Source: a plasmid. From it: a stretch of 64,000 bases of DNA. The stretch lies in the sequence record NZ_CP041325.1, one strand, 5' to 3'. The notes beneath the pieces were generated by a model, which was given only the letters and a program-made list of their open reading frames with translations, ran no database searches and was not told the origin of the DNA. This document shows positions 10,360-20,223 of this stretch, piece after piece; positions within the stretch are counted from its first letter, which is position 1, and the number at the start of each line of letters is the position of its first letter. Both the position numbers and the translations under genes were made by a program.

Positions 10360-12077
10360 ACAGTAATCCGTTTGCGGTAGAGGTAATTAAAGACTCGCTT
10401 TTATCCATAGGGGAAGAAATGTTTATCGCGTTGGCAAGAACCTCTATGAGTCCAATGTTTTACGAGGTATTGGATTATGCGTGCGGGTTAACAGATGCAA
10501 AAGGAAACTTGATTAGCCAAGGGAATGGGGTTACAAGTTTTATTGGCATGTTGAGCCCCATGGTTCAGCACGTATTAAACAAATACGACAACGGAAATAA
10601 ACTGGCAGAAGGCGATATTATTATCATCAATGATCCTTATGTAGGGGGAGGATCGCATTTATCCGACGTCGGTCTCGTGATGCCTATCTTTTATGAAGGT
10701 GAACTTATCGCTTTTTCAGCGAACAAAGGACATTGGACAGAAATAGGCGGGAAAGATCCAGGCTCTTTTACTAACAGTTCGACAGAGATTTATCAAGAAG
10801 GCTTGCAACTGCCGGGGATAAAACTTTTTGATGCCGGTAAAGTCAATGAAGGCATGGTGGAATTAATTGCGATAAATGTTCGGTTGCCTCAATTGTCTCT
10901 CGGTGATATGTGGGCGCAAGTAGCCGCACTTCGAACAGGCGACAAAAGGCTAAAAGAACTGTGTTCAAAGTATGGGGAAAACACGGTTGTCTCCACAATG
11001 GATAATCTCATCGAACAAGCGGAAAGATATTCATTAAGGGAATTGAAAAAACTGCCGCAAGGAACTTTTGAAGCACAGGATTTCATCGAAGGAGATCCAT
11101 CAAAAGGGGGGCCATATCCGATAAAAGTAAAAGTTACAATCACGGAAGATGAGTTTATTTGTGATTTTAGAGGCTCCCATGAACAAGTCATGAATCCAGT
11201 GAATTGTTCTTATTATGGATTATTGTCCAGTGTACGAGTAATGTTTTTGGCAATTATCCGGCCAAACTTCAATGTGAATGAAGGACTGTTTAAGCCTTTA
11301 AAAATCATCACGGATAAAAACTCAATCGTTTCAGCGACAAGGCCTTCACCGGTATCCATGAATTTTGAAGCAAGAATTGGCGGCGCAGAGCTGATTTGGA
11401 AAGCATTAGCTCCATTGCTTCCTGATCGTTTGACCGCTGGTCATCTATTGTCAGTTTGTTCGTTTCTACTGTCTGGAAAACATTCCGAAACGGAAGAACC
11501 ATTCCTCATTGTTGAACCAACTTTAGGGGGCTGGGGAGCTGGTGAAAATCAAGATGGACAACGAGGACAATTTTGTATGGGAAATGGCGAAACTTATAAT
11601 ATGCCAATCGAAATCGCTGAAGCCCGATATGGTGTAAGAGTGGAAAATTACCGGCTTCGATGCGACGGAGCTGGAGCGGGACAGTATATTGGCGGCTCAG
11701 GTGTCATCCGAGCCTATAAAACGTTAAGTGAAGGTCAAGAAATGACAGCTAGTTTTGGAAGACATCAGTTCCAACCTTGGGGAATGAATGAAGGGGAAAA
11801 CGGATCCTCCAGCTATATAAGAATCATAAAAGAAAATGGGGAGGTCCTTGGACCGTTTGGTGTCTCTTCCCGGTTGAAATTAGACGAAGGCGATACAGTT
11901 GAACTCGTTACGGCAACAGGCGGAGGATATGGAAATCCGGCGGAACGGGACGAATTACTCGTATTGCAAGATGTGAAAAATGGTTACATTACAGCTGAAC
12001 AAGCCAAGGAAAAGTACGGAGTTATTATAAGTGAAGACCTTGATGGCATAGCGGGTTATACGGAGTTGCGCCAGTAA
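10356..12077 (+). CDS. hyuB: hydantoinase B / oxoprolinase subunit B family protein
   Basis: Intact 573-aa ORF MNSNPFAVEVIKDSLLSIGEEMFIALARTSMSPMFYEVLDYACGL..., typical of the HyuB N-terminus. Confidence 0.8.
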   Translation: MNSNPFAVEVIKDSLLSIGEEMFIALARTSMSPMFYEVLDYACGLTDAKGNLISQGNGVTSFIGMLSPMVQHVLNKYDNGNKLAEGDIIIINDPYVGGGSHLSDVGLVMPIFYEGELIAFSANKGHWTEIGGKDPGSFTNSSTEIYQEGLQLPGIKLFDAGKVNEGMVELIAINVRLPQLSLGDMWAQVAALRTGDKRLKELCSKYGENTVVSTMDNLIEQAERYSLRELKKLPQGTFEAQDFIEGDPSKGGPYPIKVKVTITEDEFICDFRGSHEQVMNPVNCSYYGLLSSVRVMFLAIIRPNFNVNEGLFKPLKIITDKNSIVSATRPSPVSMNFEARIGGAELIWKALAPLLPDRLTAGHLLSVCSFLLSGKHSETEEPFLIVEPTLGGWGAGENQDGQRGQFCMGNGETYNMPIEIAEARYGVRVENYRLRCDGAGAGQYIGGSGVIRAYKTLSEGQEMTASFGRHQFQPWGMNEGENGSSSYIRIIKENGEVLGPFGVSSRLKLDEGDTVELVTATGGGYGNPAERDELLVLQDVKNGYITAEQAKEKYGVIISEDLDGIAGYTELRQ

Positions 12078-12100
12078 TACAGGATGAAAGAGGTAGAAGG

Positions 12101-12866
12101 ATGACTTTGAAAACCTTAGAAAATGCATTGGATATGCTATCTTACTTCACCACGGATAATCCGGAATGGGGATTAAGGGATTTAGCACGTGAAATGGAAA
12201 TTAATCATACCGTATTGCATCGGATACTAAAAACCTACGAGAAAAAAGGATACATCATTCAAAAATAAAAAAACGAAAAACTATGAGTTGGGCTTGAAGT
12301 TTTTGGAGTTTACGAGCGTAATCAAACACAAAATGAAATTATCCGAATTCATTCAGCCAGTCATGAAAGAACTAGCAAGTGCGATTAATGAAACCGTCTT
12401 TCTGACGTTGCAGGATGGAGATTATGGCGTAACGGTTGAGATTGCTGAATATGAACAACAGCTTAAATTCAATGTCACAATTGGGAGCCGAACACCGCTG
12501 TATGTAGGTGCTTCCTGCAAGACGATTATGGCTTATCTGCCAGAAGAAGAACAGCTTGAAATCATAAACAAAGGCATAAAAGTTTTTACGGATAAAACGA
12601 TGACGGATAAAGAAAAATTGTTAGCGGATTTAAAGGATATTAAAGAAAAGGGCTGGAGTTATACAAGAGGCGAGTACTCGGAAGCTGTTTTTGGCATGGG
12701 AGTCCCGCTATTTAACACATCTGGAAGAATCATCGGATCCGTAACCGCAGCAGGTCCCATTTATCGAATGTCTGAAGAAAAGGCTACAGAAACCTTGGCA
12801 ATTCTAAAGGAAAAAACGAGCATTATCCAGCAATACTTCAATAAGTTCGGTAACTTATACAATTAA
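12101..12866 (+). CDS. IclR-family transcriptional regulator (frameshift in an A-run near 12265-12280)
   Basis: N-terminus MTLKTLENALDMLSYFTTDNPEWGLRDLAREMEINHTVLHRILKTYEKKGYIIQK is an IclR HTH. The effector domain continues in ORF 12288..12866 (...TAAGPIYRMSEEKA...). Confidence 0.65.
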
Positions 12867-12893
12867 AAAATACGTTATTCGAGGAGACTTTAT

Positions 12894-14392
12894 ATGGCAA
12901 ATAACCCCCGAACTGAAGAAAAACATCCTACGATATTCAATCCAGCCATCTTAATTGTCATTGTATTAATGGCAGTAATTGGCGCTATGATTGGTGTTCA
13001 ATTGATCACTACTTTAGGGATTTCTGCAAATACATCGATTGTTGGAGCAGTCTTTGCAATGATCTTAGCGCGAATTCCCTTAAGATACTTGGTTAAATTC
13101 AAATCCATTCATAGTCAAAACCTTGTACAGACATCAATCTCTGCAGCGACTTTTGGGGCAGCAAGCAGTTTGATGTTGCCGATAGGTATACCGTATGTGC
13201 TGGATATGCCGCATTTGATTACGCCATTGTTTATTGGTGTAACGCTTGCAATGCTGGTAGATGCCGTTCTCCTTTACAAGATGTTCGATACAAAGGTTTT
13301 CCCGGCAAAGGTGCATGGCCGCCCGGCATTGCTACTGCTGAAGCGATTAAAGCAGGAGATGAAGGCGGAAGCCGAGCCAAATACTTACTGACTGGTATTG
13401 GAATTGGTATTGTTGGAGCACTGTTGAAAATTCCGATGTCGGCTTTTGGCGTTGCGTTTATCGGGAATATCTGGGCACTTACTATGTTCGGTATTGGACT
13501 TTTATTAAGAGGGTATTCGGTTCCGCTATTTGGGATTGATATCAATGAATTGTATATTCCTCATGGTTTCATGATTGGTGCGGGTATCGTCGCATTGGTA
13601 CAAGTAATAGTGTTGATTTTCAATAAAAAGAAGAAAGAGAACGTCCAGGAAGAGGAATTCTCAAAATCCAATAAAGAGCTGGGACAAGCTTTTGGCCTTG
13701 GATTTATTGCATACACAGCTATAGCCATTCTATTGGCGGTAATGGGCGGATTATACACCGATATGTCAATTGGAATGCTGATTGGCTTCATCTTTTTCGC
13801 CATGTTAGCTGCATTTGCCCACGAATTGATTGTAGGGATTGCGGCTATGCACGCTGGATGGTTCCCAGCTTTTGCTGTTGCCCTTATTACATTAATCATT
13901 GGGATCTTAATTGGATTCCCGGCAGAAGCTCTGGCATTGTTAGTTGGATTTAGTGCATGTACGGGTGTGGCCTTTGCTGATATGGGTTATGACTTGAAAA
14001 CGGGTTATATTCTTCGAGGGAACGGGAAAGATATGGAGTTTGAAAGAATGGGACGTCGGAATCAGCTTTTTGCAGGTTTTGTTGGTTTCATTGTTGCGGC
14101 TGTGGTCGTTTTGCTTTCATTCGAGGCTTACTTTTCTCAGGGCTTAATCCCTCCGGTGGATCTTGTCTACGCAGCGACAATAGAATCCGGCATTTCCAAT
14201 GGTATAGCCACGCAATTGGTACTTTGGGCAATCCCAGGCGCTATACTCCAGCTTCTCGGAGGTTCGAAAAGACAAATGGGAATTCTGTTTGCTACGGGTC
14301 TACTCCTATTAACACCTATTGCAGGTTGGGCTGTACTGACAGGTATTGTTTTGCGAATCATTATTATGAAAAAAAGGCAAAGGGAAATATGA
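12894..14392 (+). CDS. OPT-family (oligopeptide transporter-like) membrane transporter, one frameshift near 13300-13330
   Basis: Two polytopic membrane ORFs (12894..13391 and 13424..14392). The second is open upstream in the third frame (...GKGAWPPGIATAEAIKAGDEGGSRAKYLLTGIGIG...), which is characteristic of OPT transporters. Confidence 0.55.
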
Positions 14393-14528
14393 GCAACAAA
14401 TGACCATCACTGCTGCTGGTATTATTGCAGGAGATGCAATATATAGTTTTATGAACTCAATTCTAAAAGCTGGAAAATAATAAGCTTCTGGTTACTAGTT
14501 TATTATTTAAGTTTAATCTATATAAAAA

Positions 14529-14553
14529 ATACCGCCATTGGGCGGTTTTTTTG
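14529..14553 (+). terminator. rho-independent terminator (CCGCC-ATTG-GGCGG followed by T7)
   Basis: Sequence AAAAAATACCGCCATTGGGCGGTTTTTTT with flanking A and T runs. Likely bidirectional for the converging OPT and DUF3006 genes. Confidence 0.6.
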
Positions 14554-14602
14554 TTGTTACAAAGAATTAAGCCTGAGAATTGCTAAAGTTTTTATAAAAG
14601 AT

Positions 14603-14830
14603 TCAATCTTCCCAGAGCTCCTCCATCAGCTTTTCAATTTCTTTTCTCCGCTTCTCTGTCTCGTCTTTCAGGATGGTCGCCTGTTCATCCTTGATTTCGA
14701 CGAAGTCACCAGGCTTAGCATTCTCAGGGAAGATGCTTTTCTTGAAATCCTGGGGCTCTCCATTAACTTCGACCACAGCGATATCCTCCTCGAACCGGTC
14801 AATAATCCCTTTGATGATCTCCATGGTCAT
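14603..14830 (-). CDS. DUF3006-family small protein
   Basis: 75-aa ORF translationally coupled downstream of the MBL-fold gene, the usual DUF3006 pairing. Codon usage is GC-rich. Confidence 0.5.
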   Translation of the reverse strand: MTMEIIKGIIDRFEEDIAVVEVNGEPQDFKKSIFPENAKPGDFVEIKDEQATILKDETEKRRKEIEKLMEELWED

Positions 14831-15642
14831 TTCACCGTTGCGACCGTGATCTTGGTCCCTGTCGAGGTGAAGATAATGTTGCCCTTCTGGTCGGTTCGAT
14901 AGACAGCCGCCTTGTACGGCTTGTAGCGGTTGAGTACTTCCGCGGTCGGATGACCATAAGCATTCTTGCCGACACTGATGACGGCGTACTTCGGCTTCAC
15001 CGCTTTCAGGAAATCCGCGTTGGAGGACGTCTTCGCCCCGTGGTGTCCGACTTTGATGACGTCCGCGAGGAGCGTCTGTTTTGCTTTGACCATGTCTGCT
15101 TCAGACGCCTTCTCCGCATCACCCGTGAACAGGAATTTGTTCTTGTTGTACGTCACATGCAGCACCGCGCTCCAGTTATTGAGATCGGTCTTGCCATAGT
15201 CGCGCGTCGGTCCGACGAATTTCGCCATCACGGTTTTCAATGGTAGCTTGACGCCGACCTTCGCGGTCTTGATCGTCAGCTTCTCGGCCTTCACAGCTTT
15301 CAAAAAGTTCGCATAGGCATCCGTCGTGTGCGCCACTTTCGGGGCGTAGACCGATTCCACCTTGTACGCTTTCAGCACTTCATCCAGGCCGCCAAGGTGG
15401 TCGGCATCCGGATGTGTGGCAATCATGATCTCGATGTCGTCCACTTTCTGTTTCTTAAGGTAGGCGATGACCTCGTCGCCCTGTCCCTGGCGTCCGCCGT
15501 CGATCAGGACGTCTTCACCGCCCGGCATCTTGATGTAAGTTGCGTCGCCTTGGCCGACGTTGATGAAATGCACCTTCATCGTCGGTGTGGCAGCGGAGGT
15601 GGACGGTACGGACACGAGCCCGGCCAATAGGAACATGGACAT
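14827..15642 (-). CDS. secreted MBL-fold metallo-hydrolase (ComEC C-terminal-domain-like beta-lactamase fold)
   Basis: 271-aa ORF with a signal peptide. Motifs HFINVGQGDATYI, ATHPDADHLGG and VGHHGAKTS are the metallo-beta-lactamase fold motifs of the ComEC/YqgX-like group. Confidence 0.7.
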   Translation of the reverse strand: MSMFLLAGLVSVPSTSAATPTMKVHFINVGQGDATYIKMPGGEDVLIDGGRQGQGDEVIAYLKKQKVDDIEIMIATHPDADHLGGLDEVLKAYKVESVYAPKVAHTTDAYANFLKAVKAEKLTIKTAKVGVKLPLKTVMAKFVGPTRDYGKTDLNNWSAVLHVTYNKNKFLFTGDAEKASEADMVKAKQTLLADVIKVGHHGAKTSSNADFLKAVKPKYAVISVGKNAYGHPTAEVLNRYKPYKAAVYRTDQKGNIIFTSTGTKITVATVK

Positions 15643-15756
15643 GAGGGTGCTTAGGGTCTTCTTCAGTGGGATCTCCTTCTTTCCTGTAAGTTATTTACAT
15701 TCATCATAAGCGATGGTCTCCGAGACGGCAATCTATTTTTTCCTCTTTTTCAGGAT

Positions 15757-15783
15757 TGTTCGTGGGCCTTTGGTGGTATAGAA
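15757..15783 (+). promoter_or_regulatory. candidate promoter of the Y-family polymerase gene (-35 TTGTTC, 17-bp spacer, -10 TAGAAT)
   Basis: Read from the sequence. The element lies immediately upstream of the LexA box. Confidence 0.4.
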
Positions 15784-15785
15784 TT

Positions 15786-15799
15786 AGAACAAGTGTTCT
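15786..15799. promoter_or_regulatory. LexA/Cheo SOS box AGAACAAGTGTTCT (GAAC-N4-GTTC)
   Basis: Exact match to the Bacillus-type LexA operator core GAAC-N4-GTTC. It lies 21 bp upstream of the polymerase start and overlaps the promoter -10/+1 region. Confidence 0.6.
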
Positions 15800-15819
15800 T
15801 TTCGGAAGGGGTGAAGGAT

Positions 15820-17076
15820 ATGGAGAGCCGGGAAGGGGGGGAACGCACGATTGCTTGCCTCGACATGCGCAGTTTTTATGCGAGTTGTGCGGCGGTCGAG
15901 GCCGGGATGGATCCGCTGGAAGCGTATATCGCCGTCGTCGGCAACCAGGAGCGCAAGGGCAGCGTTGTGCTTGCGGCCTCCCCGCGGATGAAGCAGGAGT
16001 TCGGGGTCCGTACCGGCACCCGGCTGTTTGAAATCCCGGGCGACCCGCGGATCCGGCTCCTCGAGCCGAAGATGGGCTTCTTCCTGAAGGTGTCGATGGC
16101 CATCACGGACCTATTGGCGGAGTTTGTGCCGAAGGACTGCATCCACGTCTACAGCGTCGACGAGAGCTTCATCGACTTCACCCGTGTGGAGAGCTTCTGG
16201 GGCGGGGCAGAGGCGCTCATTCGCCACATCCAGGACGCGCTTGTCCGCCAATTCGGGCTGCCGTCTGCGGTCGGGGTGGGGCCGAACATGCTGCTGGCGA
16301 AGCTCGCACTCGACCTAGAGGCGAAGAAGAGCGGCTATGCCGAGTGGACGTATACCGACGTGCCGAAGAAGCTGTGGCCGGTCGCGCCCTTGAGCAAGAT
16401 GTGGGGCATCGGGTCCCGCACTGAACAGACCTTGAATGGCATGGGCATCTTCTCGGTCGGCGACTTAGCCTGCACGGATGTCGCAAAATTGGAAGGTCGC
16501 TTCGGCATCATGGGACACCAGCTCTATCAACATGCCAATGGCATCGACCTGTCGGAGCTCGGCGCGCCGCTCATCGAAGGGCAGGTCAGCTACGGCAAGG
16601 GGCAGATCCTCTACCGGGACTATACCGAAGTGGAAGACATCCTGACGATCATCCTGGAGATGTGCGAGGACGTCGCGATGCGCGCGCGGCAGGCCGGACG
16701 GGCGGGGCGCACGGTCCAGCTGGGGGTCGGCTACAGCAAGACAGCGTTCGGCGGCGGCTTCTCCCGCTCGCGTTCAATCGAGGAGGCGACGAACGAGACG
16801 CTGGCGCTCTACCGGGTCTGCCAGGAACTGTTCCGGGAACATTACCTCGGCAAACCGGTCCGCCAGATTTCGCTGTCCCTCAGCAACCTGGAGGAAGAGT
16901 CATCGATGCAGCTGAGCCTGTTCGAGGCCCAGAAATGGGAGAACCGCAAGCTCGGGGCGGCGATGGACCAGATCCGGAACCGGTACGGCTATTCGGCGAT
17001 CTACCGGGCGGTGTCCGGGACCGAAGCTGGAACGGCCATTGCCCGGACACGCTTGATTGGCGGGCATCAGAAATAA
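15820..17076 (+). CDS. Y-family DNA polymerase (DinB/UvrX/YqjW-like translesion polymerase)
   Basis: ORF from ATG 15820 (MESREGGERTIACLDMRSFYASCAAVE...) with RBS AAGGGGTGAAGG. It carries the Y-family motifs (DMRSFYAS, SVDESFIDFT, little-finger region), a GC-rich codon bias and a LexA box upstream. Confidence 0.8.
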   Translation: MESREGGERTIACLDMRSFYASCAAVEAGMDPLEAYIAVVGNQERKGSVVLAASPRMKQEFGVRTGTRLFEIPGDPRIRLLEPKMGFFLKVSMAITDLLAEFVPKDCIHVYSVDESFIDFTRVESFWGGAEALIRHIQDALVRQFGLPSAVGVGPNMLLAKLALDLEAKKSGYAEWTYTDVPKKLWPVAPLSKMWGIGSRTEQTLNGMGIFSVGDLACTDVAKLEGRFGIMGHQLYQHANGIDLSELGAPLIEGQVSYGKGQILYRDYTEVEDILTIILEMCEDVAMRARQAGRAGRTVQLGVGYSKTAFGGGFSRSRSIEEATNETLALYRVCQELFREHYLGKPVRQISLSLSNLEEESSMQLSLFEAQKWENRKLGAAMDQIRNRYGYSAIYRAVSGTEAGTAIARTRLIGGHQK

Positions 17077-17382
17077 GAAACTTGTTCTAAGAGAATTAAA
17101 AGAAGACGTTATACATATTCTTTATTAGGAATTATTGAGCGTTAATTCTAGAAGGTGCAATAATGCTTCAATATGGATATAAAAGACGGACGGAATAGTT
17201 AGAGCAAATGACAAAGTTTTCTATACAGAAGAGAATTTTTCGTGTTCAAACGTGACGTTTTAGTAGCTTAAACATGTAATATACCTATCAAAAAACACAA
17301 AAACGGCTCATTGTAAACTTTTCTTTCTTTTCATTACGATAATGTTAGTTACAACAAAAAGGAGAGATTGGGATGGATTACG

Positions 17383-17700
17383 AATTGGAATTACCGGAAG
17401 AGTTTGAAGGAATGGAATTGCTGCAGACGTTAATCAGTCCAGCAAAAGTCAGATACGGGAATTATGATTCTTGGTGAGAATTATGCGGAGGGAGTTGAAC
17501 GGCCGACTGTGCGGATTTACCTAATCAGTATCGGAAAAGATGAATGGAATATCGAAGGAGAACTTCAGGCGTTTACATTTCCAAGTTTCGGCAGCGCGAA
17601 GCGGTTTGTCGAGGATTTGCCAAGTATGTCGGCCATCGATTTGTTGCTGCTTATGAACGGGCATCAAGCTACCCATCCTAGTAAACAGATTATGCAATGA
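17383..17700 (+). CDS. hypothetical small protein (two ORF pieces, possible frameshift)
   Basis: MDYELELPEEFEGMELLQTLISPAKVRYG... with RBS AAAGGAGAG continues in 17464..17700. No recognisable family. Its position downstream of a Y-family polymerase is reminiscent of YolD-like partners, but this is unverified. Confidence 0.3.
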
Positions 17701-18180
17701 AATGATATATAATGGTGCTCTTTCGACGATATTCTTATGTCTCCGTAAGAGATTACCTTCTGAAGGTTCTGAAGGTAATGATAAACTGAAATACCGCACC
17801 TGCAAGGTAACAAGGCAAAGAATTCCCGGCTATTTGTGGTCCAAGCTGCTCGAAGTCCGGGAAAAGCAGGCCATCCATCGGCTCTTGAAAAAGGATGCCC
17901 ACTTACAAGAACTTCAATTGTTCATCAGCGAGTTCTAGCAGCTCATGCGACTACAGCGAGAATGCCTGCATTGAATACGAAGAAAAAAAGCGGAATCAAG
18001 GAACTGAAGCAATTTGGACGCTACTTGCAATCAGATTGGCAAGCTGTTGAAAAATTCCCTGATTCATCGCTGGAGCAATGGTTTGGTAGAAGGTCATGTA
18101 AATCGCATTAAAGTGATCAAATGGTAAAGGTATGGCCGGGCTAACTTTAATCTGCTTCGCCTTAAAATTTTATACCGTTC
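17700..18180 (+). mobile_element. degraded ISL3-family transposase C-terminal remnant
   Basis: Translations across the frames give ...LQSDWQAVEKFPDSSLEQWFG... and ...VEGHVNRIKVIKW.RYGRANFNLLRLKIL, matching the conserved C-terminus of ISL3 transposases (...WSNGxVEGxxNRLKxIKRxxYGRAxFxLLRxRIL). The N-terminal two thirds are absent. Confidence 0.55.
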
Positions 18181-18337
18181 CAATTAATACTTTCCTAAAA
18201 AACAAGCTAACCATTCACCAGCTGCCGACAATCATCTTCACCAAATTGCGGAAGAACCAATAATAAACCGGTGTTAACAAATATTATTTTCAATTTTAAA
18301 AAATAAGTTTAATACATCGAGTGCTATATATTTTTAG

Positions 18338-18375
18338 GAACCTAAACAACCGTGTTTAAGTTCCTTTTTTGCTGT
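18338..18375 (+). terminator. hairpin (AGGAACCTAAAC/GTTTAAGTTCCT) followed by a T-run, putative terminator
   Basis: 12-bp near-perfect inverted repeat with a 6-nt loop, then TTTTTTGCTG. Confidence 0.35.
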
Positions 18376-18603
18376 TATTTAGCATTTGGTTATAGAAATT
18401 AGAAATAATAATTACCTTCTTTGATCTATCGAATGGTGCAAATTCACTTTAAATAATTTTCTTAATTTTTTCTCAAAACCTCAAAAATAAATCTCTTTTC
18501 GATGTGAATACTTGTATAATTTAGGTAATAATAAATATTTTTAAAGACTCATAAATTAGATGAATTAATTTAATTAAAATACTATTAAATATATAGGGGG
18601 TTA

Positions 18604-20208
18604 ATGATGGAGAGCATAAGAATAAGAAATTTAAGAAGTTTAAAAGACACAGGGGAGGTTGAACTCAAACCGTTAACTTTATTAGTGGGGAAAAATAGCT
18701 CAGGAAAAAGCACCTTTTTAAGAACCTTCCCATTATTCAAGCAAACTATAGAAACTAAAACTAATGAACCGATTCTTTGGTATAGCAGTAGATACGTTGA
18801 TTTTGGAAGTTTTCATGAAAGTCTTAATAAGATAACAGCTAAAGAAGAGGAGGAAAAGAAAAATATTAGTTTTGATTTCAAATTTAGTATCCCAAGTTCA
18901 GTTGTACAAATGGGAACTGTTGATATATTAAGCTACTATTCTTTAAGACCAAGTAGAATGAGTAGAATTTATAATTATAATTACAGCAATAGTAACCGTA
19001 AAACACCATTTAAAATAAGCATTGAAACGAATCAAAAGTCATTATCTAAATTTACTATTTCTATAGAAGATCATTTACTTGAAATGACTTTAAAAGAAGA
19101 TGAAAAATTTAGTCAAGTAGGACTTAAAATAAACGGAGTACCTATTTCAGAAACTTCTAGTTTAGTAGCTCGATACGCTAAAGATTACTCGCAGTTATTA
19201 CCTTTAATCTTTAGTGACAAAAGTAATTCTTCTGAAAATAATTATTTTAGAGATGAGTTATTTAAAATTTTTCAAAGCTTGGCTTATACTTCTACGAGAA
19301 GAAATACGATTTCAGAGTTTATTGAGGACATAAAGTTTGGTGATAAATCTGAAATTATTAATAATATAAAAAGTCAAGATACTACAGCTAATGTTCTATT
19401 AGAAAATTTAAAAGCATTAGAGTCCGACAATGAGGTAATGCAACAAATTATAATAAATTACATAGGTATGAATATAAATCCTATAATAACAATGTGTAAT
19501 AATTATATAGAACAGTATTTCTCTTCAATTAATTACATCGCTCCTATTAGAGCGAGTGCCGAAAGGTATTACAGAATTCAAGGTCTTTCTGTAGATGATA
19601 TCGATCCACAGGGCGAGAATATACCAATGATTTTCAATAATATGAGTGATATTGAAAAAGAAAATTATAACCATTGGTTATTTGGTAATTTTGGATTTCA
19701 AATATCAGCAAGCCCTACGGAAGGACATTCATCAATAAGAATAAAATATAGTAATGGAGAAGAGGTTAACTTAGCAGATACAGGCTTCGGGTATTCTCAG
19801 ATTCTCCCAATTACTTTAGTTCTATGGCAGACTTCAAAACAAGAACGAAAAGACATATTTGCATATAGTGGATTATATAAAGCTGATTACAATTTTTTTA
19901 ATTTAGTGATTGAGCAGCCTGAACTACATTTGCATCCAGCTATTCAGGCTAAATTAATCGATGCATTTATAAAGATAATTATGCTATGTAAAGAAAAGAG
20001 TATTGATATTAAAATTATTATCGAAACACATAGTGAAACAATGATTAATAGAATTGGATATATAATAGCAAAAAATATAGAGGAATTTACCGAGGATTTA
20101 GTTAAGGTAATTATTTTTGAAAATGATGAGGTCTTTGATACTAAATTAAATGTAAGTACATATTCGGAAAACGGGTATCTAAAAAAATGGCCTTTAGGTT
20201 TTTTTTGA
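18604..20208 (+). CDS. AAA_15/AAA_21-type ABC ATPase with DUF3696-like C-terminus (OLD/PARIS AriA/AbiL-type ATPase component)
   Basis: Intact 534-aa ORF. The Walker A site is at LLVGKNSSGKSTFLRTF. There is a long low-complexity insertion. The C-terminus has the NLVIEQPELHLHPAIQAKLIDAF... (Walker B/D-loop) and ...IIIETHSETMINR (H-loop) motifs. Confidence 0.75.
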   Translation: MMESIRIRNLRSLKDTGEVELKPLTLLVGKNSSGKSTFLRTFPLFKQTIETKTNEPILWYSSRYVDFGSFHESLNKITAKEEEEKKNISFDFKFSIPSSVVQMGTVDILSYYSLRPSRMSRIYNYNYSNSNRKTPFKISIETNQKSLSKFTISIEDHLLEMTLKEDEKFSQVGLKINGVPISETSSLVARYAKDYSQLLPLIFSDKSNSSENNYFRDELFKIFQSLAYTSTRRNTISEFIEDIKFGDKSEIINNIKSQDTTANVLLENLKALESDNEVMQQIIINYIGMNINPIITMCNNYIEQYFSSINYIAPIRASAERYYRIQGLSVDDIDPQGENIPMIFNNMSDIEKENYNHWLFGNFGFQISASPTEGHSSIRIKYSNGEEVNLADTGFGYSQILPITLVLWQTSKQERKDIFAYSGLYKADYNFFNLVIEQPELHLHPAIQAKLIDAFIKIIMLCKEKSIDIKIIIETHSETMINRIGYIIAKNIEEFTEDLVKVIIFENDEVFDTKLNVSTYSENGYLKKWPLGFF

Positions 20209-20223
20209 GCCGGAGGGAATTTA

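Noticed and set aside
15876-17090. Numerous 60-140-aa alternative-frame ORFs (for example 15876..16142-, 16217..16486-, 16662..17090+) inside the Y-family polymerase gene
   Set aside because: These are a typical artefact of GC-rich DNA (few stop codons in the off-frames). They are Arg/Ala/Pro/Gly-rich, lack start context and overlap a gene with clear family motifs.
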